A stretch of 64,000 bases of DNA, from positions 1 through 64,000 of IMG/VR virus record IMGVR_UViG_3300037193_001286; one strand, written 5' to 3'. The notes beneath the pieces were generated by a model. It made no database searches and was not told the DNA's origin. It saw only the letters and a program-made list of their open reading frames with translations. This document shows, piece by piece, positions 55,995 to 64,000 of the stretch. The position numbers and the translations under genes were made by a program. The number at the start of each line of letters is the position of its first letter. Position 1 is the stretch's first letter. The DNA is from a virus.

Positions 55995-56216
55995 GTAATT
56001 TATCCCCCGCAGTGGGTTCTATAAAAATCAATGACTTAACAATGGAGTGCGGGGTATGCGGGGTATGAAATAGGTCAAACGCGCGGAACTAACAGTCGTG
56101 CACGACTGATTGTTTGGGTGAAAGTAACGGAATCATACCCCGCACACCCCGCAGCGGTTCGCTAACGTATTGATTTTCCACAAACGGGTGCGGGGGAAGC
56201 GCGGGGGATAAAATTT
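55995..56216. other. dyad-symmetric candidate replication origin (CCCCGC iterons and two IHF sites)
   Basis: Nested inverted repeats centred on the palindrome CAGTCGTGCACGACTG (56093-56108). Confidence 0.6.
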
Positions 56217-56229
56217 TCGCGAGCGGATT

Positions 56230-56520
56230 TCAGTCGAGAAAGACGATCTCAAGCCCAAGATATTCAGCAAGAGCGTGCTCCACCTTCGCACCCTTGGAAT
56301 GTTCCCAACCGGGAAGCATCGCCATGCCCTCAGCATGGGCAATAATCCATGCGATACCGACCAGCATGTATTCGACAGGCTCGCCATCGGTGTGGTCCGT
56401 CATCTCGGCCGGATTGAAGACGAAGTGCCCGGCAGCGCGCAGATCGACCGCTGCCTTGTGAAATGTCGGATAGTTGTATTCGGGATGACCGTTCATCGGG
56501 CCAGCCAGATAGAGCCGCAT
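56230..56520 (-). CDS. DUF4406 / nucleoside deoxyribosyltransferase-like protein
   Basis: 'YLAGPMNG.PEYNYP.F...NPA...LPGWE.S.GA..E..LA'. Confidence 0.8.
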   Translation of the reverse strand: MRLYLAGPMNGHPEYNYPTFHKAAVDLRAAGHFVFNPAEMTDHTDGEPVEYMLVGIAWIIAHAEGMAMLPGWEHSKGAKVEHALAEYLGLEIVFLD

Positions 56521-56529
56521 GGATGCCTC

Positions 56530-58080
56530 CTATTCGAGCGTCTGTAACGTCCAGCGCATGATGCCGTTACGGTCCGGCTTGCCGACCAGTTTCCGCCGCA
56601 GCAGCACACGATCCTTCCATCGCTTCAGCCAGTAGCCGAACTGGCGCGCGTCGAGGTCGCCCTTGACGTTGCTGGCTACCTGCTTGACGACTTCCTGCCA
56701 GATGCCGGTGTCGGAAGTGATCAGGTGCGCGGCCGTGTCCTGAATGAAACCACCGTCAAGTTCGGTCGGCCAGTTCATGAAGACCGCTTCCGCCTTGTTG
56801 CGCTCCTCGTCATTGGCGCGAAGGCTGGTCATCGACACGCAAGGGTCTTCGTAGCCCAGCCAGCAGAGCGCTTCGCGAACCGTCTTCGACCATCGCTCAT
56901 AGGACGCCAGCGGCGGCAGACGCGCCGGGCGCTTGGCCTTGAGGTAGGAGCTGACGACGGTCAAGGCTGCGGCGACATACCGTCCCCGGTCAACGAGGAT
57001 GTGCCGATCCGGGCGGCCCCGATATTCGTGCTCCTCCGGCTTCTCCTCGTTGCGGTCCACGGTTGCCAGAATGGTGCGGCGCGTCAGGTCCGCCATCACC
57101 TGCAAATGGTTGCCGTTGGCGAACCATGTCACCCGTTGCTCGATCCGCGTGAGACTGGATGTGCCCAGCGGCCGGACGTCCACCACCGGTTCCGTCAGCG
57201 CCTGGCACAAGAGCGGCGAGTTGATCCGGTTGACGACGTTGTCGAGCGAGATGATCGGCATCCCCGCCATCATCACCGCCGTCAGGCGCTTTTCGAATTC
57301 CTCGCCCTTCTCTGCCGGTGGAATGACCGGGCATGGTCGGCCGGTGGCGATAAGGCTGGCGAGAGTCGACAGGTAGCTCTTGCCTGAACCGGGTGTCGGC
57401 GCTGTCACCGCGTGCAGCGGTGCTGTCGGCAGGATGCCACGGCAGACCGGCGTGATCAGCATCGAGAGCGCCACCGAACGCGATTCCTCGCCGACGAACT
57501 GGTATTCCTCAAGCAGCTCGTGCAGGACGTTGATCGCGCCGATGGCCTCGCCCTTGTCCGGCTCACTCTTTATCGCTGGCAGCGCCGGAAGATCGGCGAG
57601 CAACAACCTCGACGGTCGGTGCACGCCGGGTTCATCGACGATGTCGCCGTTTGATTCCAGCGTCTGCGCCGGGACGATGTTCGTCACTTCCGGAAATGGC
57701 CAGTGGCCGATCCGCGAGAGGATCAGCCTGGCGATGCTCTCCGGCGCATCGGTCATCACCCAATCGCGCCGCCGATTGTCGTACTTGAAGAAGATGCAGG
57801 CTTCTTCCATCAGATGGATCATTCGGCCCATGGTCACCGCCACAAGCCGGACGTTGCGGACCGGGATGTATTCGCCACCTTCCTCGCCAACCGTGTCGGC
57901 CTCGATTGCTATCACCAGCTGGCCAGCCGAGACGTAAACCGGGACATCGCGTTCCAGAATTGCGTCCTCGACTTCGATGCAGGTCGCGACCTGAGTGCCG
58001 GGCATGAGTTCGATTCGTTTGCGGTCCAGTTTTGGCGTCTTGTTGAGCATTTTTTCTTTCCCGTCATCGTCATCGGTCAT
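56530..58080 (-). CDS. replicative AAA+/SF3-like helicase (no primase domain visible)
   Basis: Walker A 'APTPGSGKS', Walker B 'ISLDN', 'RPLG' and 'FANGN...DLTRR'; ATGA coupling at 58080. Confidence 0.75.
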   Translation of the reverse strand: MTDDDDGKEKMLNKTPKLDRKRIELMPGTQVATCIEVEDAILERDVPVYVSAGQLVIAIEADTVGEEGGEYIPVRNVRLVAVTMGRMIHLMEEACIFFKYDNRRRDWVMTDAPESIARLILSRIGHWPFPEVTNIVPAQTLESNGDIVDEPGVHRPSRLLLADLPALPAIKSEPDKGEAIGAINVLHELLEEYQFVGEESRSVALSMLITPVCRGILPTAPLHAVTAPTPGSGKSYLSTLASLIATGRPCPVIPPAEKGEEFEKRLTAVMMAGMPIISLDNVVNRINSPLLCQALTEPVVDVRPLGTSSLTRIEQRVTWFANGNHLQVMADLTRRTILATVDRNEEKPEEHEYRGRPDRHILVDRGRYVAAALTVVSSYLKAKRPARLPPLASYERWSKTVREALCWLGYEDPCVSMTSLRANDEERNKAEAVFMNWPTELDGGFIQDTAAHLITSDTGIWQEVVKQVASNVKGDLDARQFGYWLKRWKDRVLLRRKLVGKPDRNGIMRWTLQTLE

Positions 58081-59540
58081 GCGAACAACCATTGATTTGA
58101 GCGAAGCATCAGCACCTGTTTCTTGGCGCGGGTGATGCCGGTGTAGACCAGACGTCGCGCTTCCAGAGCGTCGCCGTTCCAGCCGGAATAGAGAAAGATC
58201 ACGCGCCCGAACTCCGCGCCCTGGACGGCGTGAACCGTCACGGCCCACGCGTATTCCAGCACCGTTACCAGCGCTTCGCGATCATAGGTTTCCTGAAAGT
58301 ATTCGACTTCGCCCTTGGCCTTATCGATGGCCCGGCGATAGTCCGCCTCGTCGCCGTCCTGATAGGCCCATTGCAGCATCGAAAGCGGGAAATAAAGCGG
58401 CTCCGGCTCAAACACTCTCGGCATCTCCCGGTTCGGCGTGCCGTCCTCATACGCCCGCTTCAGCCAGATTCTCCGCAGATGTTCGTGGTCGATCAGATCG
58501 AGCCGCAGATAGCCCTCCGGCGCATAGTCCGCATCCTTCGGCGGGAACGCCAGCTCCTTGCCCAGCGTCAGCATCATGGCGTTCTCAAAACCGTACTTGT
58601 TGCGCCGCCGCACGAGGAACCGGTCGCCGCGCATCAGCGGCCGGTCAATGCCGCAGCGGAATAGCGCCCTGCGGATCGCCGTCGTCGCCAGCCGTCTCAG
58701 CCGGTGATAAGGGGCGATGATGATGTCGGCCGCCCTTCCCCATCGTCCCCATTCCTCGTCATCGATATTGGCGAATGGCTGCTGGCGGCGGAAGGACGGC
58801 GAGGTGCGGACCGTGAACTGGCCATAATCGCCATCGTCGAAATGCGCCTGATCCTGCCGGAACAGGTTGCCGATCTGCGGGATGTTTGTCCCGCTGCCGC
58901 GCTCGATCTTCGTCAGCTCGTAGCCGACCGGGATCGTCTCGAATGCATTGTGGTGATGGCCAACCGGTGGGAGCTGGAAACTGTCGCCCAGAAGCAGGAT
59001 GCGGCATTTGGTATGCTCGACGATGTAATCGTAAATTTCCGGCTTCACCATCGAGTATTCGTCGATCACGAGGATGTCATTCTCGCCAAGCTTCGTCACT
59101 TGGCCTTGCGTGTCGAGGACGAAAATGTCCTTGAGGTATCGATCAACGTCGACCAGTTTCGAGCGCAACCATGGCCGCGTGTCCTGCGTCAGCTCGCCGC
59201 GCTCAACCCGCTGTTCCAGTCCGGCGAGCGCCTTGAGATATTCAGGTGTCTCGATCTTCTCGTGGCGGTAAAAGAGGGCGGCGACGGTCTTGCAGGGGAT
59301 CGGGCAATTCTTCAATTCGAGGCTGTTGGACAACCGTTTGGTGGCGATGTGCGAGACGCTTGATCCGATGGCTTCGACGCCGGGAAGCCGATTGAGAATG
59401 TGCGGGACGGTGTATGTCTTGCCGGTTCCGGCCGCGCCGTCGAGTTTGAACCATCGGTCGTTTTCGAAGGCCTTCAGCGCTGCCTCGACTGCGTGCTGCT
59501 GCCCGCCGTTCAGGACGCTCGCGCCGGTCCGCCGCCTCAT
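58077..59540 (-). CDS. RecD/Dda-like SF1B helicase
   Basis: 'GAAGTGKT', 'IDEYSM', 'GD.FQLPPV', 'YA.TVH.VQG.E' and 'YTGITRA'. Confidence 0.88.
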   Translation of the reverse strand: MRRRTGASVLNGGQQHAVEAALKAFENDRWFKLDGAAGTGKTYTVPHILNRLPGVEAIGSSVSHIATKRLSNSLELKNCPIPCKTVAALFYRHEKIETPEYLKALAGLEQRVERGELTQDTRPWLRSKLVDVDRYLKDIFVLDTQGQVTKLGENDILVIDEYSMVKPEIYDYIVEHTKCRILLLGDSFQLPPVGHHHNAFETIPVGYELTKIERGSGTNIPQIGNLFRQDQAHFDDGDYGQFTVRTSPSFRRQQPFANIDDEEWGRWGRAADIIIAPYHRLRRLATTAIRRALFRCGIDRPLMRGDRFLVRRRNKYGFENAMMLTLGKELAFPPKDADYAPEGYLRLDLIDHEHLRRIWLKRAYEDGTPNREMPRVFEPEPLYFPLSMLQWAYQDGDEADYRRAIDKAKGEVEYFQETYDREALVTVLEYAWAVTVHAVQGAEFGRVIFLYSGWNGDALEARRLVYTGITRAKKQVLMLRSNQWLFA

Positions 59541-60109
59541 TGATCACCTCCCATGGGGTTTTCGCGCGCGATCCGCTTCAGCGCCGTAAGCATCTCGGCG
59601 CGTGTCAATCGCAAGCCTTGCCGCAGCAAATACTCATAGAGGCCGGAGGCATCCGTCTCGGTGAGCACCCGCATGGTGAAGTCCGGTTCCCAGTCGTCCG
59701 GAAGGCGACCCTTGAGCATGATCTTTTTGGTCGCCAGATCGAAACCAAGGATACCAGAAAGCGCCGGGTCTTCCCTCATCGCAATCGCGGCGTTTGCCGC
59801 TCCCTTGAGCGGTTTGCCGGTGTCGTCCCGGATGAGTTGCTGATGCCATTCCGGCGTTTGCGGCTTTCGCGGTCGCGGCGGATTGAAGCCGCGCTGCCGG
59901 TATTCCTCGGCGAATTTGCGGAACTGATCTTTCTGGCAATCCGGCCGGTGCGTCTCGCCCTGGTCGGCGTCGCACCAGAGGCATCCGCCATCGTGGCGAA
60001 CGGCTTGCTCGAATTCCGGGCCGAACGTCCCGTTCCTCAGCGCCATGAAGAAAGTCACGAACGATCGACGATCGAGGTCAACGAGGAAGCGGAGCATATC
60101 CTTAGACAT
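59537..60109 (-). CDS. hypothetical replication-region protein (VapE N-terminus-like C-terminal half)
   Basis: GGGAGGGG RBS; 'N...A...DP.L.G.LGFD'. Confidence 0.45.
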   Translation of the reverse strand: MSKDMLRFLVDLDRRSFVTFFMALRNGTFGPEFEQAVRHDGGCLWCDADQGETHRPDCQKDQFRKFAEEYRQRGFNPPRPRKPQTPEWHQQLIRDDTGKPLKGAANAAIAMREDPALSGILGFDLATKKIMLKGRLPDDWEPDFTMRVLTETDASGLYEYLLRQGLRLTRAEMLTALKRIARENPMGGDQ

Positions 60110-61412
60110 CGCCCCTCCCCCAGTCCTCGACGAGCTGGATGCGCTCGCCAACCCAACGACCGACATTGACCGCCCATGCGTTGCCTATCGCCCGGTAGCG
60201 TGGCCCGTCCGGCGAGTGTGCCCTGCCGCGCCATGGAACATTGGTCCAGTCGTCCGGCAGCCCTTGCAGACGTTCGCATTCTCGCGGGGTTAATCGGCGA
60301 ACCGCGTAGGCGGTCGGCACGAAGGCACCCTGATCGAGATCGTTGCGCCAACCGCGCGCGCCGTCGCCAGCGCCCAACGGCTGGGCCACCGCCAGCTGGC
60401 CGCCGGCGTTTGCGTGGCTGCCGTCGAAGTTCATCGCCCGCATCGCAGGTGTTGCGCCGTCGTCGCCGAAACCATGCCGTTTGGAATCGAAGGCGACCGC
60501 TTGGCTGTAGCCGTCCTCGTCGAGGGAACCGGGGATGTCGGCGGGCACAGGATCCTGTCGCGCATTGAACGCGATCAGCGCGCCTCGCTCGCTCGGCATG
60601 CGGTTGGTGCTCGCGGCCATGCCAGCGGTGAGCGCATGAGCGATCATCGTCTGGCCTTCATCCATGGTGGTATTGACGCCCTTGTGCATGCGGGCTGTCA
60701 GGCCGTTGGCAACTCCGGGGACGGCGATGATGTCGTCCTGTCCTCTGGAGTCTCCGGGTCGTTCAACGCCCCGGCCACTGCCTGTAAGGCATGAAGCAGT
60801 AGGTCGGGCATAACCTTGCCCCGACGCGCGGCGCGGCGCAGGATTCCAGCGCAGGCTTTCCGGCTCAAGTAATACTTGCGCGGGACGTCGCCAGTCGGTT
60901 CCAAGATATCCGACAACGAACACACGGTTCCGTCGTTGGGGGACGGCGCGAGCGTGACCGGCCACTCGGACATATTGAGCGTCAAGCACTCGCCAGGCCG
61001 CAGAATACCCGCTGACTTCCAGCCCTCTGAGGAGCGTTTCAAAAGCCCGTCCTTGGTCCTGCGACAGGACACCGGGGACATTCTCCCATATGATCCACTG
61101 GGGGCGATAATGGCGAATGATCGCCAGATAGGCGAACATGAGTCCGCCACGCGGGTCATCCAGTCCCTTGCGCAATCCGGCGATAGAAAATGACTGACAG
61201 GGGCTTCCGCCGCAAACAAGGTCAACTGATCCAAGGTCTGGCCACCCTTCATATGCGGTCACGTCACCAAGGTTGGCGACATCCGGGAACCGATGCGCGA
61301 GAACGGCGGATGCGAACCTGTCCACCTCGGCATGGGCGACGCACTGCCAGCCAAGCGGCTCGAATGCGAGCGATGCAGTGCCGATGCCTGAGAACAGGTC
61401 GAGATAACGCAT
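60102..61412 (-). CDS. C5-cytosine DNA methyltransferase (alpha chain)
   Basis: 'LFSGIG', 'GGSPCQSFS', 'ENVPG', 'QRRNR', 'RRLTPRECERLQGLP' and 'GNA'. Confidence 0.93.
   Translation of the reverse strand: MRYLDLFSGIGTASLAFEPLGWQCVAHAEVDRFASAVLAHRFPDVANLGDVTAYEGWPDLGSVDLVCGGSPCQSFSIAGLRKGLDDPRGGLMFAYLAIIRHYRPQWIIWENVPGVLSQDQGRAFETLLRGLEVSGYSAAWRVLDAQYVRVAGHARAVPQRRNRVFVVGYLGTDWRRPAQVLLEPESLRWNPAPRRASGQGYARPTASCLTGSGRGVERPGDSRGQDDIIAVPGVANGLTARMHKGVNTTMDEGQTMIAHALTAGMAASTNRMPSERGALIAFNARQDPVPADIPGSLDEDGYSQAVAFDSKRHGFGDDGATPAMRAMNFDGSHANAGGQLAVAQPLGAGDGARGWRNDLDQGAFVPTAYAVRRLTPRECERLQGLPDDWTNVPWRGRAHSPDGPRYRAIGNAWAVNVGRWVGERIQLVEDWGRGDV
60698..61252 (-). CDS. overprinted methyltransferase beta polypeptide (EcoHK31I-type)
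   Basis: Alternate frame inside the MTase gene: 'CSLSDILE...VP.KYYLS.KAC.GILRRA..RGK'. Confidence 0.65.
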   Translation of the reverse strand: MKGGQTLDQLTLFAAEAPVSHFLSPDCARDWMTRVADSCSPIWRSFAIIAPSGSYGRMSPVSCRRTKDGLLKRSSEGWKSAGILRPGECLTLNMSEWPVTLAPSPNDGTVCSLSDILEPTGDVPRKYYLSRKACAGILRRAARRGKVMPDLLLHALQAVAGALNDPETPEDRTTSSPSPELPTA

Positions 61413-61419
61413 TTCAGGC

Positions 61420-61617
61420 TCACTCTCCTTCTTCTCCTCTGGCCTTCATCATCTCGTCGGCAATGAAGTACGCGCGATCCCAGACGTCGCCGCCCGCGTT
61501 GTTGGCGAGCAGCCCGACAAGCGCCTGTCCGGCGAACCAATCACGCAGGTCCATGCCGCGAGCCGGATCGCCCCAGCTCTCAGGTGGCGACAGCGCTGGG
61601 AAGGCTGGGATGCTCAT
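61420..61617 (-). CDS. hypothetical phage protein
   Basis: 'GMDLRDWFAGQAL...AY.IAD.M..AR'. Confidence 0.7.
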   Translation of the reverse strand: MSIPAFPALSPPESWGDPARGMDLRDWFAGQALVGLLANNAGGDVWDRAYFIADEMMKARGEEGE

Positions 61618-62132
61618 GCCATCTTCTCCCAGAAGCGGATTTCATGGACGGATGAGGCCCAGAGGCCGATCAGGATCGCCTCGGCTTCATCGACGGATCG
61701 GTATTTGATGTTCAGGTGCTGGCAGGTCTCTTTGGCGCGGCGCTTGGCCACCTCGCGCGACAGCTTTCCGTCGCCCAGAATTGCCGCTCGCCATGTGGCG
61801 ACCGCGACGCCCAGAAGGTGGATGTCGAGCGCTGCGCCGACGCCAATGATCGCGCCTTCGATATTGTGCAGGATCATCGACGCCGCGTTCGGCGTGACGA
61901 ACCCTTCGTTACCGGGCAGCAGTCCCTTCTTGCCGTACATCTTGATCGAGCGGATCGCCCGTTCGAAGACAATGACCTTCGGTCGCCACTCGCCGACAAG
62001 CAGCGTGAACTTCTGGGCGAAGTCCTCGACGCCATCGGATCGCAACGTGCCGGATGCCATGCACTCTCGACCGTCGAAGATCGCCCAACCGGACGCGGTC
62101 TTGGATGGATCGACGGCGAGGACGCGCATCAT
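61614..62132 (-). CDS. RuvC-like Holliday junction resolvase
   Basis: 'VLAVDPS...GWA', 'IVFE', 'TWR' and 'DEAEA'. Confidence 0.75.
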   Translation of the reverse strand: MMRVLAVDPSKTASGWAIFDGRECMASGTLRSDGVEDFAQKFTLLVGEWRPKVIVFERAIRSIKMYGKKGLLPGNEGFVTPNAASMILHNIEGAIIGVGAALDIHLLGVAVATWRAAILGDGKLSREVAKRRAKETCQHLNIKYRSVDEAEAILIGLWASSVHEIRFWEKMA

Positions 62133-63607
62133 GCCGCACCCCCGAACAATGGCCCGGCGTCGAGTTCGGCTTTTCCGGATCGCTTGATAATCTCGCGCGC
62201 TTTCTCATCCGGCCCGGCGAGGCAGAGCCGCATGCGTTCGGCGATGTCTTGCTGATATTCCGGTTCGCGCTCGACCAGGATCGCGTTGAAGCCTTCGCGC
62301 CAAGCCGCCTCGCCGGTCGTTCCGGTTCCAGCGAATGGATCGAGCACGGTGCCACCGGGCGGTGTCACCAGCCGCACGAGGTATTGCATCAGATCGACAG
62401 GCTTCACGGTCGGATGTTTCGATCCGATGCGGTCCTCGGCGTCGGCTTTGGCAGAATAGAAAAGGCTCGATGGCGGCACGCCCGCACGGCGCGCGCCCGG
62501 TAGCATGGCGAAGTCGGTCGCGCCTGCCTTGTCGTAGCGCCGCAAGGCCGATGGCTCGTCCGGCCGGGCCGCATAGAAGAAGCGAGCTGCGGAACCTGTG
62601 TCCTTCACGCCGGGGCGCGTGATCCCGTTCGCCCCACCATGGTAGCCCATCGTTCCGTTGGGATCGTTGTTCCCGCCGATCTGCCCATCGACCTGCGGGA
62701 AGCACGCGATCACCTCGTCGCTGCCGTCGTGGATGACGTTCGCGGGCCAGCGGCCGGTCGAGGTGTCGATCTCGCCGGTCCGGTTGCTGCCGTTCTTTCC
62801 ATCGCCATAGCAGTTCAGAGCCGCTTCGCCGCGATGCGTGAACTTCGGTACGCCGTCCGGAGCATGAACCCGGCACGCGTCGATGTTCACCGCGCCCGTT
62901 TCCCAGAACAGGATGTTGGCCGCGCCGTTCCTTTCGGTGAAGGGCTTCTGGCCCATATAGATCGGCTCGATGGCTGGTTTCAGCGACTGCCCGCCGTAGT
63001 GCCAGCCGTTCCACCTTGCCGCTTCCGCCGATCCCGGAACGTAAGCGCCCGGTTGATAGACGCGATCCTCAAGCTTTTCCCAGCTGCCGTCCTTGTTCTG
63101 GTCCGCGCCTGGTCGGATGCGGCGCACGGTATTGCCGTTCGCCATCTTCTCACCTTCCCGGCCCAGCTCCTTGTCGATGGCGCGGGCGGCATTGTGTGCC
63201 TTCGGGAACCCGGAACCGAAAATCCATGCGATCAGCGGATGGGTGATGAAGCCCGCGTCTTCGATGGCGACCGACATTCGGCCGAAGCCGCGCGTCGAGG
63301 CGAAGGCCAAAACGTAACCGCCCGGTTTCAGAACGTGGAAGACGGCTTTCCATGTCTCGACACGGAAAGCGACGTCGCCGCCGTCCCAGAGCTTGTTCAT
63401 AAAGCCGCGAGCGGTGCGCTGATGCGGCCCGCTTTTCGTCCGAGTCTTGTCGGTTCGACCGGTCTTGGCGAAGCGCTTGGTGATACTGTGAAGATGGTAC
63501 GGCGGATCGCAGACGACGGCATCGACGGAATTCTCCGGCATGGCCGCGAGCGCGTCGAGGCAGTCGCCGGGATACAGGATGACGCGGCCGTCGAGGAACG
63601 AGATCAT
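62129..63607 (-). CDS. N4/N6 DNA methyltransferase (beta class)
   Basis: 'DPPY', 'HPTVKP' and 'LDPFAGTGTT'; ATGA coupling at 63607. Confidence 0.9.
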   Translation of the reverse strand: MISFLDGRVILYPGDCLDALAAMPENSVDAVVCDPPYHLHSITKRFAKTGRTDKTRTKSGPHQRTARGFMNKLWDGGDVAFRVETWKAVFHVLKPGGYVLAFASTRGFGRMSVAIEDAGFITHPLIAWIFGSGFPKAHNAARAIDKELGREGEKMANGNTVRRIRPGADQNKDGSWEKLEDRVYQPGAYVPGSAEAARWNGWHYGGQSLKPAIEPIYMGQKPFTERNGAANILFWETGAVNIDACRVHAPDGVPKFTHRGEAALNCYGDGKNGSNRTGEIDTSTGRWPANVIHDGSDEVIACFPQVDGQIGGNNDPNGTMGYHGGANGITRPGVKDTGSAARFFYAARPDEPSALRRYDKAGATDFAMLPGARRAGVPPSSLFYSAKADAEDRIGSKHPTVKPVDLMQYLVRLVTPPGGTVLDPFAGTGTTGEAAWREGFNAILVEREPEYQQDIAERMRLCLAGPDEKAREIIKRSGKAELDAGPLFGGAA

Positions 63608-63816
63608 CGGCGAGGTCTCCGATGGTCCCGCTGGTGCCAACAGCGGTCATGGTGCTCTTCGCAAAAAAACGAGCCGCGAATGACCGGCTTGCCACAAAAC
63701 ATATACCAACCTGTGATGGTATGGTCCTCATGAACCGGGAACCGACACTGCCGGTCATTGAGGGTATGGAGGGGTGCATTGCATTGTGACTGCTGGGCCG
63801 GTTCAGCTGGCTGCAT
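63604..63816 (-). CDS. GcrA C-terminal (sigma70-interacting, Cys/His) domain only
   Basis: 'L.TL..RQCRFPV........FCG.P...GS.FC.EH'; GGGAGG RBS before ATG 63816. Confidence 0.7.
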   Translation of the reverse strand: MQPAEPAQQSQCNAPLHTLNDRQCRFPVHEDHTITGWYMFCGKPVIRGSFFCEEHHDRCWHQRDHRRPRR

Positions 63817-63883
63817 GATGGTCCTCCCAAACAATAGTACAGGCACGCGAGCGCGGGACGCTCAACGCGAGGGCGGCTGCCTA

Positions 63884-64000
63884 CTAGGTTGCGAACACGT
63901 CCGGCCGCAGTCGTTCACGCGGGATTCCGAAGTGCTTTTCGATAAGGACTGCCTTCTCAGCCGTAATGCGCTTGAGGCCGGTTTCGTAGCGTGAGACCTG
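63884..64000 (-). CDS. Cro/YdaS-like HTH protein, C-terminal part
   Basis: QVSRYETGLKRITAEKAVLIEKHFGIPRERLRPDVFAT*. Confidence 0.7.
   Translation of the reverse strand, partial: QVSRYETGLKRITAEKAVLIEKHFGIPRERLRPDVFAT

Noticed and set aside
62129-63607. Assigning GANTC or GATC specificity to the N4/N6 MTase
   Set aside because: Target specificity cannot be read from the sequence by eye, and the protein does not look like CcrM.
1-64000. Diversity-generating retroelement, retron, IS or intron
   Set aside because: No reverse transcriptase, transposase or TR/VR repeat pair was seen.

Overview
The whole window is a large part of a temperate siphovirus of an alphaproteobacterial, probably rhizobial, host. 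Host clues are a GcrA-like domain, an ExsH-like GH16 and GANTC-poor structural genes. The putative attP looks intact and no host genes are visible, so this appears to be the free phage form. From left to right: small early ORFs and an AlpA-type excisionase; higBA and a chimeric HicB antitoxin; attP and a tyrosine integrase; then, on the minus strand, GH16 glycanase, lysis cassette, lambda-like tail, head-tail genes, two collagen-like proteins, HK97-type portal and a protease-capsid fusion. A ~12 kb accessory block separates the head genes from terL/terS/cos/HNH. A ~6.7 kb compositionally distinct early island follows, then a dyad-symmetric origin candidate, helicases, two DNA methyltransferases, RuvC, a mini-GcrA and a Cro-like HTH. 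The most notable items are: (1) a Ro60/TROVE gene behind a tandem array of four Y RNAs, one a circularly permuted tRNA, each displaying a different anticodon-loop-like element; (2) a stand-alone ETR1-type ethylene-binding domain inside the lysis cassette; (3) a GANTC-rich, GATC-poor island next to cos with a shared AAGGCAAGGCAATG start motif and shared promoters/operators, in a phage that encodes a GcrA sigma-binding domain without its DNA-binding domain; (4) a stand-alone CapW/BrxR-like wHTH. All family calls come from motif recognition by eye; no searches were run.
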